DNA of 63,570 nt, the filler included, from Globobulimina sp. (lineage: Eukaryota): the NCBI GenBank assembly GCA_003354225.1. It is 33 parts of 33 records of this genome, joined end to end, with 100 filler letters (N's around TTAATTAATTAA, not from the genome) between each part and the next. Parts side by side here need not be neighbours in the genome. Positions count along the whole stretch, not along the records: positions 36,672 to 38,500 come from PIVH01011456.1; positions 38,601 to 40,429 come from PIVH01011457.1; positions 40,530 to 42,358 come from PIVH01011458.1; positions 42,459 to 44,287 come from PIVH01011459.1; positions 44,388 to 46,216 come from PIVH01011460.1; positions 46,317 to 48,145 come from PIVH01011461.1; positions 48,246 to 50,074 come from PIVH01011462.1; 26 more parts are not named here. One strand, given 5' to 3'. Below, piece by piece: positions 37,814 through 48,497 of the stretch. A program made the position numbers and the translations under genes. The stretch's first letter is position 1. The number at the start of each line of letters is the position of its first letter. The notes beneath the pieces are model-generated. The model did not search any database and had not been told where the DNA came from. It saw nothing but the letters and a program-made list of their open reading frames with translations.

Positions 37814-38072
37814 GAGGTGACAAAAAAAAAAACGGGAAAACTGGAGGTAACTGGAGGTAAGTGATTTTATCAGGGGTATCGTATACCAGCTTCCAGACTG
37901 TTCTAGAACCTCGTAGCAGTACACAGGTCGGGCAAATATACCCATTACCATTTTTTGAAAGTTACAAATATATAGGACCAAGAACGAAGAAGATAGAAAA
38001 ATGCTCATATTAGTCATCTATACTGACAAATCTCAAAATAAAAACTTTCTCTTGCAAAACATTGTACTGAAC

Positions 38073-38393
38073 ATGAACGCACAAACAGCAGCTAAGTGGA
38101 ATAAAATGAGTGTACAGCAAAAGAAGCAATTTATAGCAAATTATTTCATTGTGAAATGTAAACGAACCGTGCAAGAATGGAATTTACTTAATGAACAAGA
38201 AAAGGGAACATTAATAAATGCATTTTTCGAATTAAAACAAGACGAGGATGAATTGAGAGCATTATCCGATCCAAAGTTTCAAAGAGAATTGGCCAGATTG
38301 AAGAATTTCTCTCATCGTATGGAGCAGGATGCGTTCAATAAAATGGCAGTGAACCCTGAAACAGGAGCTCATAATATGAAATATAAAAAATAA
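38073..38393 (+). CDS. Small helical protein with two W-x-x-(M/L)-x-x-x-x-K repeats
   Basis: KWNKMSVQQKKQF and EWNLLNEQEKGTL resemble HMG-box helix 2-3 junctions. Confidence 0.45.
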   Translation: MNAQTAAKWNKMSVQQKKQFIANYFIVKCKRTVQEWNLLNEQEKGTLINAFFELKQDEDELRALSDPKFQRELARLKNFSHRMEQDAFNKMAVNPETGAHNMKYKK

Positions 38394-38600
38394 CTTAATT
38401 GTTATTAGTTGTGTGAGTTGTGTGAGTTATGTAACTGACTTGTGAGTTGGACTATTTATATAAGAGTTCCACACACAAAGATGTTTAATAATTTATTTTC
38501 NNNNNNNNNNNNNNNNNNNNNNNNNNNNNNNNNNNNNNNNNNNNTTAATTAATTAANNNNNNNNNNNNNNNNNNNNNNNNNNNNNNNNNNNNNNNNNNNN

Positions 38601-39334
38601 AGCGCAATGACCATAATTCGTTGATAAACTTCAGAAATTTAAGGGATTCGTATTTGTTTTCTTCATTGATTGCCAAAGTTTCTTTTGTTTGTTTTAATTC
38701 ATTTTGTTGGACATAAATGCCTTGATTTGGAGTGCAAGAAAAATATTGAATATTTTCATATTTTCCATCGGAATCTCCTTTCAATTCATTCAATTGAATT
38801 CCATACATTACTTTGGTTAATTTGTCATCTTTGTCGTCTGTGGCCGGAATACCGACATAGCGAATAATTCCAATGCATTTTGATTCAACAAATACCGCAT
38901 CGCCAACACTGAATTCTAATGATTGTTTGGCTGTATATTGTAAAAAAATAATATGAAATCTGCGTGAATTGGTTTGCTGATATCGATATAATGTAACTTT
39001 TGATAATTTGTGCAATTTGTTTGCTTTTAACAAACTTTGCCGTGTTTTCTTTGTTTTTTGTCTTGAAATATATCGTATCTTCCGTTTGGTCGTTATTATC
39101 CCCAACATCACCATTTCCTTTTGTTACCTCAATTCCATACAATACACCTTTTTTGCCAACAGCCTCTCCCATATATTTCACAATTCCTTCTGTTTCGTCA
39201 AATAAAATCACTTTATCATTATAGCGAACCACTGATTTTAATTGTTTTGAAAAGAACAGATGAATAGATATGATGATCAATAATGTCACTGATAACGACA
39301 AATAGACCAATAAACCAATAGTAGACCACTCCAT
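38601..39334 (-). CDS. TM-anchored tandem CAP-Gly protein; exons 39334-38998 and 38930-38601, 3' partial
   Basis: N-terminal TM. GIVKYMG..YGIEV..YF and GIIRYVG..YGIQL..GDSDGKY..YFSC..GIYV. A 67-nt intron restores the frame. Confidence 0.8.
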
Positions 39335-39385
39335 GTTTCTTTCAAGACTGCAAAAGTTTATTGTTCGAAAACGTTTTGCTCGGTA

Positions 39386-40429
39386 ATGTTCCTACTATTA
39401 TTATGTGTTGCTTTCATATTTTCAGCTTGTAGCTCCAGACTTGAATCACAAACATGTCATATTAAATCTCTATCAAACAATCGTTGTCCAAAATGGACAC
39501 CAAAGATGAAAGCCTATAAAGAAGCAGCAGATGGTGATCGTGTCTACCTTGAAAATGACATTGGAGCAACATGTTTAGATGGATCAGTACCAGTATTTTA
39601 TTATCGTCCAGGATCAGAAACGAACAAATTCCATATTTATTTTGAAGGTGGTGGAGCCTGCGTTGGTCTTAACGCCGCATTATCACCCAAATGTTTTGAT
39701 AGTTGCGCTGAGAGATCAACTGCTGGTCAAGGATCAAGTAACAATTATGCAGCTGTCTCGAATTTTGATAGTGAATACATGAGCACAAACTCAACAGAAA
39801 ACCCTTTATCATATAATTGGAATACAATTTATGTAAAATATTGTGATGGTGGAATGTTTTTAGGTGACAATGACATTGCACAACGTACGGATGATGACAG
39901 GTTAATATATTACAGAGGACGCAGAATTATGGTTGCTGTATTTGCAGAATTGGTGAATAATTATAATTTTAATGCAGCAACAGATGTCTTAGTCAGTGGA
40001 TGCAGTGCAGGCGCGGCTGCAGTATATGCCCATGCTAGCTTTATCAAAAATAATTACGTTCCAGACTCAGCGGATTTTTTAGCAATGCCTGATTCAGCAT
40101 TTTTTGTGGAGTATGGATTTGAGTTCAGATTAGTGATTGATTGGATTTATTTGAATCAAAATACCACAGCATCGTTGAGTGCAGATTGTGTTTCAGATCA
40201 TCCATATGAGCCATCTCAATGTAATTGGCCGGAATATGCAGCAGCATACATGGATGTGTTGACGTTTGCATTACAATCACAATATGATTTGTTTCAGTTA
40301 AATTGTGAGGTTAATTCAAATTTGCCTGGCCAGGTTAATGAGTATGCTGCAAAATTCAGAGAAGTATTTTTTGACAGTTATTTGGATAATTATCCTGAAC
40401 TACATGGTGCTTTTTTGGATTCGTGTAGC
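39386..40429 (+). CDS. Secreted pectin acetylesterase / Notum family hydrolase, 3' partial
   Basis: Signal peptide, CLDGS, FEGGG, NWN...YCDG and nucleophile motif GCSAG. Confidence 0.9.
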
Positions 40430-40637
40430 NNNNNNNNNNNNNNNNNNNNNNNNNNNNNNNNNNNNNNNNNNNNTTAATTAATTAANNNNNNNNNNNNNNN
40501 NNNNNNNNNNNNNNNNNNNNNNNNNNNNNAATCCTATCAAAGCACAGATTGCACTCTGTTTTTTCTGAAAAAAGCGGAACCGCTCCGGACATTTTGATCA
40601 AATCAAATGTCCACAACTTAATTGATTTTAGTTTCCA

Positions 40638-41861
40638 ATGAATCAATCTCTTTTTTACTCTGATTTCTTGTTCACATACATTAAGATATATGGCGGTGTC
40701 TACGATGTGCCAGATCCAAAATTAATGAGTTTGACGCGGTCAAACGGTAATAATGTAGTCGTGGAATGGAAGTTAGATAGAATTAGCACAGCAGCAATTA
40801 GGCCTGACATGAAAATGAAAATTAAATGGTGCAATAACTCTGCCACCAATGATGACGATGAAAAAACGTTATGGAATGAAAAAACAGTGCCATTGGCAAA
40901 TAACACAGCTACAATCACTGAGTTAGCCAGTGGTTGTTACTCATTTATGGTGCAATATTTGGCCGAAGGAGACCGGTGGTCTGGCGAATCCAACATAAAA
41001 CAAATAATCTTACCGCCGGCACCCATATTATTGTCAGTCACTGCAAATGCGAACCATGCCCACATTGAGTGGAGTTTGCAGCGTGTTCGCAAAGCACAAA
41101 ATGATAAAATAAAATTGCAATGGATCAAAATAGCAGAGGATGAAAAGAAGCAATGGAACGAACAGGAAGTTCTAATGAACAACAATAGCAATATTACTGT
41201 GGGTACTTTTGCCAATGGTACGTATGCGTTCATGTTGCAGTATTTCGATGCAACCATTGCTGAATGGTCTGACTCGTCCAATATGAAACGGGTCATCATT
41301 GACACTGCGCAAATAGAGGCAGAAATGGTATTTGATGCATCGAATATGACTGCGCATACAATGCGAGTTGTTAATCCCTGGACTGTGCGAGGACAAAATG
41401 CAAATTATTCTGCCATTCGACTAAAATGCGCAATGCCTACCAAAGCCAATAATGTCTATAACATTGAGAGCATTGCCTGGCAAGTTGTGATGAGTGGAAA
41501 CACTGCGGATCAGGATACTATGATTGGAGTGATATCGGATAAAGTGGCCACTGTCATGCATCCGAATGATGGCGTGATTGGAGTTTATGCGATCACCAGG
41601 AAGAAAAATTGGATCACAGCTGGGCAGAACAGGAAAAAATCCATTTCGGAGTATAATAGGTGTTATGCGGTGGATGAGAAAGTAAAGATTGTGTATGTTG
41701 TGGATAGTGGGATGTTGAGGTTTTATCAGAAAGGGACAGTGCTTTATGAGATGCAGTTGCCAGAGGATGAAGGAACCACTTATTGGCATCCTTGGATTTC
41801 ATTGTATAGCATGGCGGAGAGTTGCAAGATAATGAAAGATGTTGTTGTCCAATTTAAATGA
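40638..41861 (+). CDS. Two FN3-like repeats plus a SPRY-like C-terminal domain, probably 5' partial
   Basis: Duplicated P..L....VEW...W..E...Y.FM.QY...WS..SN.K units. C-terminal MIGV...LRFYQ...WHPWISLY. True first exon probably upstream. Confidence 0.6.
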   Translation: MNQSLFYSDFLFTYIKIYGGVYDVPDPKLMSLTRSNGNNVVVEWKLDRISTAAIRPDMKMKIKWCNNSATNDDDEKTLWNEKTVPLANNTATITELASGCYSFMVQYLAEGDRWSGESNIKQIILPPAPILLSVTANANHAHIEWSLQRVRKAQNDKIKLQWIKIAEDEKKQWNEQEVLMNNNSNITVGTFANGTYAFMLQYFDATIAEWSDSSNMKRVIIDTAQIEAEMVFDASNMTAHTMRVVNPWTVRGQNANYSAIRLKCAMPTKANNVYNIESIAWQVVMSGNTADQDTMIGVISDKVATVMHPNDGVIGVYAITRKKNWITAGQNRKKSISEYNRCYAVDEKVKIVYVVDSGMLRFYQKGTVLYEMQLPEDEGTTYWHPWISLYSMAESCKIMKDVVVQFK

Positions 41862-42523
41862 TTACAATCGATTATATAGTAACTTATTTCCTTAATATTA
41901 ATTCCTTATATTCTTTATATTATACTTATTTATTATCTCTTACTTTTTGTTGTATCTAATGCTTACGTTACGTACTAATAATTTGCTTTATTCAATAATA
42001 AGGATTTTTGTTGGTATTCCTTATTGACTTATTCAACGGAAATTGCTTGCTGTTATTACTAGTACGTCATCAAAAAAGTAAACTAAAAAACATACACAAA
42101 AAATTTACATTGACACAAATATATACCCATTTAAAAAACAAACACAATTAAATTGATCGCATGGGTATCTCACACATTTACAAAAAGAAATTGATTACGT
42201 GACAAAACAAAAACAAATGATCATTACGGTAATCAATCCATTATTACACTAACAGATTACACACAATAATTTTATACGAAATTAAAAATATATAATGTTT
42301 TACATTATATTGGTTGATTAATTCTTTTTGATTTGCTTTATCTGTTTTTTGTATTTGANNNNNNNNNNNNNNNNNNNNNNNNNNNNNNNNNNNNNNNNNN
42401 NNTTAATTAATTAANNNNNNNNNNNNNNNNNNNNNNNNNNNNNNNNNNNNNNNNNNNNTATATAATTAACAGCACAAAACAACACACAAAAAAATCACAT
42501 AAATATAAATCAACATAAATATA

Positions 42524-44278
42524 TCATACTTGCAAACTAATACTATTACTACAATTTTTGTGATGATGGTGTTCTTCAATGACCTCATTATCACTCATTA
42601 ACTTATTCGCATCGTCCTCCTCCAACAAACTCATTAACTTATTCGCATGTTGTAAAATAATCTCATCATCAATCTCCTCATCAATCTCATCATCAACCTC
42701 ATCATCAACCTCATCATCATCCTTTGCTGACGTTGATGTTTCACTCCTTTCATTCACTGATAATGCCATCGATGATGCGTAAACAAACTCCCTTTCAGTC
42801 TTCATTGCGTTTTCCGACATTGGCTTAATAATTTCAACATATATATCCTGTTCTTCATCATCATCCTCATCCTCATGTTCCTCCTCCTCATGTTCCTCCT
42901 CCTCATCACAATCCACATCGGATACAATATAATTAATACACGATCTGGTTATCCTAGTCCTCATTGTATTGCCTGTATTCGACGCAGACGCGTATTCATC
43001 ATCGTCACTATGACTCGAAGAATATGTGCTGTAATATGACAGCTCATTGCTTTTACTGCAAACATCTGCATCCAGCGCATCATTATAAGTCGACTCACTA
43101 TCTTCCTTCAACGGCGATATGCTATTATTATTCAACAACAATGGCAACTGCAATGGTTCCGGACTCGACAGTCTCGACTCGCGATCCTGCTCAATATTTG
43201 CTGCTAAAACGACAGAATTAGGTCGCATTTGCTCCGTGACATTAGCTTTATATTTATTATTTGGACTGATTATGACTGGCAAAGAGCCCACAGATTGCAG
43301 ATAAAAAAATGGATCCAATATCACTTTATGTTCTACTTTGATATGATTATTTTTTGCGTTTTTGATAGAGCTATGACTCGGAGATGGAAACAACTCCTTT
43401 GACAAATCCGTATCTGTCTCATTGCTGTTCTGCGGTGCTAATATCTCCGTTGCTAATGCTATATCAATGTCGTCCACATCGATGTCCTTGCTATCATATT
43501 CGAGCTCGCCTAATTTCAAGATCTCAATAGTTTGTTCTGCGATGCCGGACAACGTACTGCGCATTTCTATATTGGGCGTATTTATCATTGAATTTGCATT
43601 GGAATGGTCTGCCTTTTTATTCCTCACGGCAGCAGACACATATTTGTCGTCCATATATCCAGCGGGGGTCATATGTAAAGAGGTGCGATGCCTGTGATGT
43701 TTGTGTGGCAATTTGGAAGAAACAGAGGTGTCATATGGACCAATGGGTTGTTGCTGTGGTAATGCCGGGAAGTCTGAGAGTTTCCTTGGAATGGTTGGCG
43801 AGGTCCCTTCCTCGCAATGACTGCTCATGGCTGACCTTGCATCGTTATTTGGCGATATTGGAGATTTTGGTGATGTAATATTGCTATTTGGCAGACTGGA
43901 CATGAGCGCATTGGGTGGCGATATATGCGAATTGTTCGGTTGGTTGTTGACATTGTGTACCATGATTGTGCTCATTGTAGGTGGATAGGAGTGGTTTGCG
44001 TGGACAGCATTCAGGTTTGGAGTGACTTGAACATCATAAAGGCCAGGTACGTGTACTGGCAATTGGTACGGATTGAGAATGATAGAACGGGAACGCATTT
44101 GTGCGTCGTGCAGCTCGTGTTGGTAGAACCTGTTCTCAGATTTTGTACCATAACTACTGACATTTGCAAAGTATGAGGTTGTGGCTGCCACCAACATTTT
44201 CTGCGTATGTTTGTGGTTTAAATATACCAAACAAAAGGCTACGCAACAAATGCAGGTAATTTGAAATCTTGCGGTCAA
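42524..44278 (-). CDS. Acidic low-complexity protein C-terminus, 5' partial
   Basis: 584 open codons with D/E-rich 12-15 bp repeats near 42660-42910. Confidence 0.65.
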   Translation of the reverse strand: MTARFQITCICCVAFCLVYLNHKHTQKMLVAATTSYFANVSSYGTKSENRFYQHELHDAQMRSRSIILNPYQLPVHVPGLYDVQVTPNLNAVHANHSYPPTMSTIMVHNVNNQPNNSHISPPNALMSSLPNSNITSPKSPISPNNDARSAMSSHCEEGTSPTIPRKLSDFPALPQQQPIGPYDTSVSSKLPHKHHRHRTSLHMTPAGYMDDKYVSAAVRNKKADHSNANSMINTPNIEMRSTLSGIAEQTIEILKLGELEYDSKDIDVDDIDIALATEILAPQNSNETDTDLSKELFPSPSHSSIKNAKNNHIKVEHKVILDPFFYLQSVGSLPVIISPNNKYKANVTEQMRPNSVVLAANIEQDRESRLSSPEPLQLPLLLNNNSISPLKEDSESTYNDALDADVCSKSNELSYYSTYSSSHSDDDEYASASNTGNTMRTRITRSCINYIVSDVDCDEEEEHEEEEHEDEDDDEEQDIYVEIIKPMSENAMKTEREFVYASSMALSVNERSETSTSAKDDDEVDDEVDDEIDEEIDDEIILQHANKLMSLLEEDDANKLMSDNEVIEEHHHHKNCSNSISLQV

Positions 44279-44387
44279 ACAGCGCCCNNNNNNNNNNNNN
44301 NNNNNNNNNNNNNNNNNNNNNNNNNNNNNNNTTAATTAATTAANNNNNNNNNNNNNNNNNNNNNNNNNNNNNNNNNNNNNNNNNNNN

Positions 44388-44693
44388 GATAAGCATGAAA
44401 AACAAGCATCATCGCAATCATTGCAATTGCGGTTGGAATTAAAAGGAAGCGATGGTACATCAGAGGAGGATGCATATGATCATGATGTCAGTAACTCCAA
44501 TTCTAATGATATGGAGACTTATAAAGGTATAGTTTATGTAAAAAGAGCAACAGAAACAAATAATAAACGAAGTTCTGTAGCATCGTTAGAAAATAAAGAG
44601 AAAAACGATGCAGAAATCTGTGAGAAAAGTGATGAAAATCATGTTCAATTACCACCTAAACGACTTTCAAATTCGACTAGTACTGCGTTGTAA
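44388..44693 (+). CDS. Hypothetical protein C-terminus, 5' partial
   Basis: Open frame from the contig start to the stop at 44693. Confidence 0.4.
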   Translation, partial: DKHEKQASSQSLQLRLELKGSDGTSEEDAYDHDVSNSNSNDMETYKGIVYVKRATETNNKRSSVASLENKEKNDAEICEKSDENHVQLPPKRLSNSTSTAL

Positions 44694-45150
44694 TAATTTT
44701 TATTAATATCGACTTATTGTTCGCACTTTTTTTTTGCGTGATAGATTGTTTTTTCTTTTTGCGTGTTGGTTTATAAATATTGTGATTATTTTTTCTTTTT
44801 TTTCTGGCCATTTTTTTATAGCGACATATGATATACATACTTTTGTAATTATTATCAATACACTTTTCAAAGATGTACAATATGTTTGTTCAGATCTTAC
44901 TTTAGAACATTCTTTTTTTGAACATAATAATTTTGTGCGAGGATAATGTATACAGTTTCAAACGTATTCCTGTTTCAAATTATTCATGTTCTAAAGTATT
45001 TGAAATTGTTTACAGTCCTATTTGTGAGCCTACTATAATCCTTGCACAAAGGTGTTTTTTTTTCTGTTTAGTTTTGGCAACGCAGCGAAATGTCAAATTT
45101 TAATCGTTCACAATAATTCAATTAACTCAAAAGAAGGGCAAGTTAATAAT

Positions 45151-45930
45151 TTACAAAATATCCCACTGTTTTTCAAAAGCAGTTAACGTTCTGGAGATTG
45201 CAGCGGCTGACGACAATCCATATTGTGAGAGCGCAATATAATTTTTTTTATGAATGTAATCCACATTTTCTATCTTTCCATGAGGATGCGCTCCAAATAC
45301 AAAAACTACGGGTTTTTCTCTTGTAAATGTTTTATTGATGTAATTGGTAGGAATCCATTCATGAATGTCAACCAATTCGCCATTTACTGAAGTTCCAAAA
45401 ATCGGTGCATTTGGCGGTAGGTGTTTTGTGATTGTATTTTTGATGATTTTTAATAATTTTTCATTTGAATTTTTTGCTCGAATTCTAAATTGATATAATA
45501 ATTGAACCATTAACCCAGCAAAACGTTTATATGTTCGCGGTATTCTTAGTTTGGGATTGACATCAATTAACACATTTTTTTGAGTATGAATAAATATTTT
45601 CAATTTGCCAGCTTTATTCAATGGAGAATCGAGTAATGTTAACAATGCTTGATGGACAATATCCGGCCTATACATTGACACATCGATATTTTTGCGGCTT
45701 TTGTTTGCTGCTTTGTTTAAAATGCCATGATGATCCTCGCTGTTTAATAATTCATAGCCTTTTCTTGTTTTTACAGTCTCCAAACAGGCCATTTCCAACA
45801 CAACAAATATTCGATTGCCTTCAAACCAGTCATCTCTCCTGTACATGTCTGGCAATCGAACAGCACCGCGTGGTTTCCCTCTTCGTCTGACTGGTTTTTG
45901 AGAACCTGGTTTAAACTCATGAGTAGCCAT
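45151..45930 (-). CDS. EMG1: 18S rRNA pseudouridine N1-methyltransferase EMG1/NEP1, complete
   Basis: VVLEMACLETVK, LLNSEDH, RPDIVHQALLTLLDSPLNKAG, RIPRTYKRFAGLMVQLL, LS.YGLS. Confidence 0.97.
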   Translation of the reverse strand: MATHEFKPGSQKPVRRRGKPRGAVRLPDMYRRDDWFEGNRIFVVLEMACLETVKTRKGYELLNSEDHHGILNKAANKSRKNIDVSMYRPDIVHQALLTLLDSPLNKAGKLKIFIHTQKNVLIDVNPKLRIPRTYKRFAGLMVQLLYQFRIRAKNSNEKLLKIIKNTITKHLPPNAPIFGTSVNGELVDIHEWIPTNYINKTFTREKPVVFVFGAHPHGKIENVDYIHKKNYIALSQYGLSSAAAISRTLTAFEKQWDIL

Positions 45931-46016
45931 TATTGATTATTCAAGTCAAGTAAAAGCGTTTTTTTTTAATGTAAATTTTCACTAAACATCACATTTGCAG
46001 CAGACAAGACATAATT

Positions 46017-46216
46017 ATGTGGAGTTTATTTAATTGGCTGTTTCAAAGTAATCCCGAATTGAGGGAATACACGGTTTCATATATTGCATGGCTCAATCGA
46101 CCATTAAAAAATTCGTTAGCTGCATCTTTAAATGGCAAGCATTCAATGATAGATATTAAATTCACACATAACAAACGGAAAACTGATAAAATTGAAATGT
46201 GTGTTGAGAGACTTAC
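46017..46216 (+). CDS. Hypothetical protein N-terminus, divergent from EMG1
   Basis: ATG 86 bp from the EMG1 start, open to the contig end. Confidence 0.4.
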
Positions 46217-46316
46217 NNNNNNNNNNNNNNNNNNNNNNNNNNNNNNNNNNNNNNNNNNNNTTAATTAATTAANNNNNNNNNNNNNNNNNNNNNNNNNNNN
46301 NNNNNNNNNNNNNNNN

Positions 46317-48145
46317 TGAATCAGGAATCGATCAAAATCAATGTGCTAATTTGGAAGAAGATTTCAATACATTGGAACTCCCTCAGAAATCAGACGATCT
46401 TACGGTATATCCTGAATTACTATCCAAATATGAATTACCCAAAATGCTTCTACAATTCATAAATGAACTAACCAATCATCTGGATCAAACAACCGAACAA
46501 GGTCATATTATTAAAGTAACATCACGTATCACGGAAGCTCATACAGGAACCAATACACAATCAGCAATGATAATAGAACGATGCCAATATATACATAATT
46601 TGGCAATAATCATGGGATACGAATTGGATGAACAAATGAAACATCGGGACCAAAATCATCAAATTCTAGAAGAAATACGAGAATTTATCAATGCTTGTAC
46701 AAACAACCCGGACAAATCAATCGATGCGAACAATTTTGGTTCAATATTGAAACGTATTACGAAACTAAACTGTCTATCCGAAACAAGAAAAACAGATTCG
46801 TACGAAAAAATTATGAAATTACAAAAAGATACATCGCAATTATTACTTGGAACCAATCAATGGATTTTCCATTTGGACGGACAACTGAAATTACAAATTG
46901 CAAATTGGAACATAATGGACGATTACAAAAGAATGACAGATGAAACAATAACTGGACTTGTCATATCAAATAACGAACTTAAAAATCGAAATTTAATCTT
47001 GGGCGACGAATTAGAAAAACTGGAAACAAAAATGGAGGCAACGATTCGAGCAAATACACAAAACCATAAACAAACGAATATATTACAGAACCAAAACGCC
47101 CAACTTAAAGAGGAATTGGATAATCTAACCGGAGTGGTCAAAAGCCATCATAATACTATGTCCAGAATGAAAAAATATCTTGACGAACAACCGAAACAAC
47201 AAAGACCGACATTCGCCTTTGACAAAACTGTACCTATCCAAGAACCAATATCGGAACCAATACAAGCTACACCTCCACACAGAAACGAAAAGGACATTCT
47301 GGTCAGAGGAGAGACACGATGTCCATTTCATTGGGATTATAACGTGAATATAAAGAAAGTGGTACAAATACAAGGAACAGATAAATTGGTTTCCTTTTAC
47401 AGTTTCAGTCACTACTTGATGACATGTATGGCAATATACTGTGAAGACTCGGAACTTATACATCGATTAATACATGTGAACAACAAAATCTTCTTCGAAC
47501 GAATCCTTCAGGAATGTCCAATAAACCGATACACGGAAAATAGAGAAGTGTTGTCGGACAGTTGGATAACAGATAAATATTTTGAATTTTGGGACCAATT
47601 AACGAAGGAGAACAATACATTAGCGGCGCTATTGGGAAAAATTGGAAAAGAACAATACAATATTAAATTTCTTGTTGCTGATAATTCCCTAGGCATCGGG
47701 TATACGGTAAATGCTGATCAAATATTCACACATGAACTAGAAAGCAGAACCCAATATGACAACAAGTTGGGAAAAATGCTCAATAAATTGTGCTATGATC
47801 TAATCCCGAATTATGAACGAACCGATAAAAATATCATCGCAATGGTTGAATTAGAATTCAAACAATACATTCAGATATGGTCAGTAGCGGACTTAAACAA
47901 CGATCAAATGATACAAAATCGATTAGCAACAATCAAAAACTATGCATGGTATAAACGTATAACGGATCGTGGAGACACTGAACAAATACATAATAAATGG
48001 ATTAATAATCCGAAACGAAAATTTCACCAATTATATGATACAATGAAGACATTAAAAAGAGGAGTTAGAGAAAATGTCACTTTGAGTAACGATAACAAAG
48101 AAGCAATACTTGAATCTGAAAAAGGTAAAAACCATATAGCTGAGT
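46317..48145 (+). CDS. Coiled-coil protein, partial at both ends
   Basis: About 609 open codons with no introns and a strongly A-rich coding strand. Confidence 0.7.
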
Positions 48146-48245
48146 NNNNNNNNNNNNNNNNNNNNNNNNNNNNNNNNNNNNNNNNNNNNTTAATTAATTA
48201 ANNNNNNNNNNNNNNNNNNNNNNNNNNNNNNNNNNNNNNNNNNNN

Positions 48246-48392
48246 TGGATGAATAATGATTATTTTGATGAAATTGGTTTATTGCATGTTTATGATGAAT
48301 GTATTACAGAAATGAAACGGATATTAATTGCTTCATTTAAAAGGTTTAAGGAATTTCATTCCAAAGATCTAACTCAAATTTTCCAACAATGA
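48246..48392 (+). CDS. Possible RGS-domain C-terminal helix, 5' partial
   Basis: LLHVYDECITEMKRILIASFKRFK resembles the RGS C-terminal pattern. Confidence 0.35.
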   Translation, partial: WMNNDYFDEIGLLHVYDECITEMKRILIASFKRFKEFHSKDLTQIFQQ

Positions 48393-48497
48393 TTCATAGA
48401 CAATCATAGTATTGTTTTTTTTTTATGTATACGTATGTATATAGATGTGTTTAAGTGCAAGGATAACAAATATTTTTCGAAACTTTTGTGTCTGACC

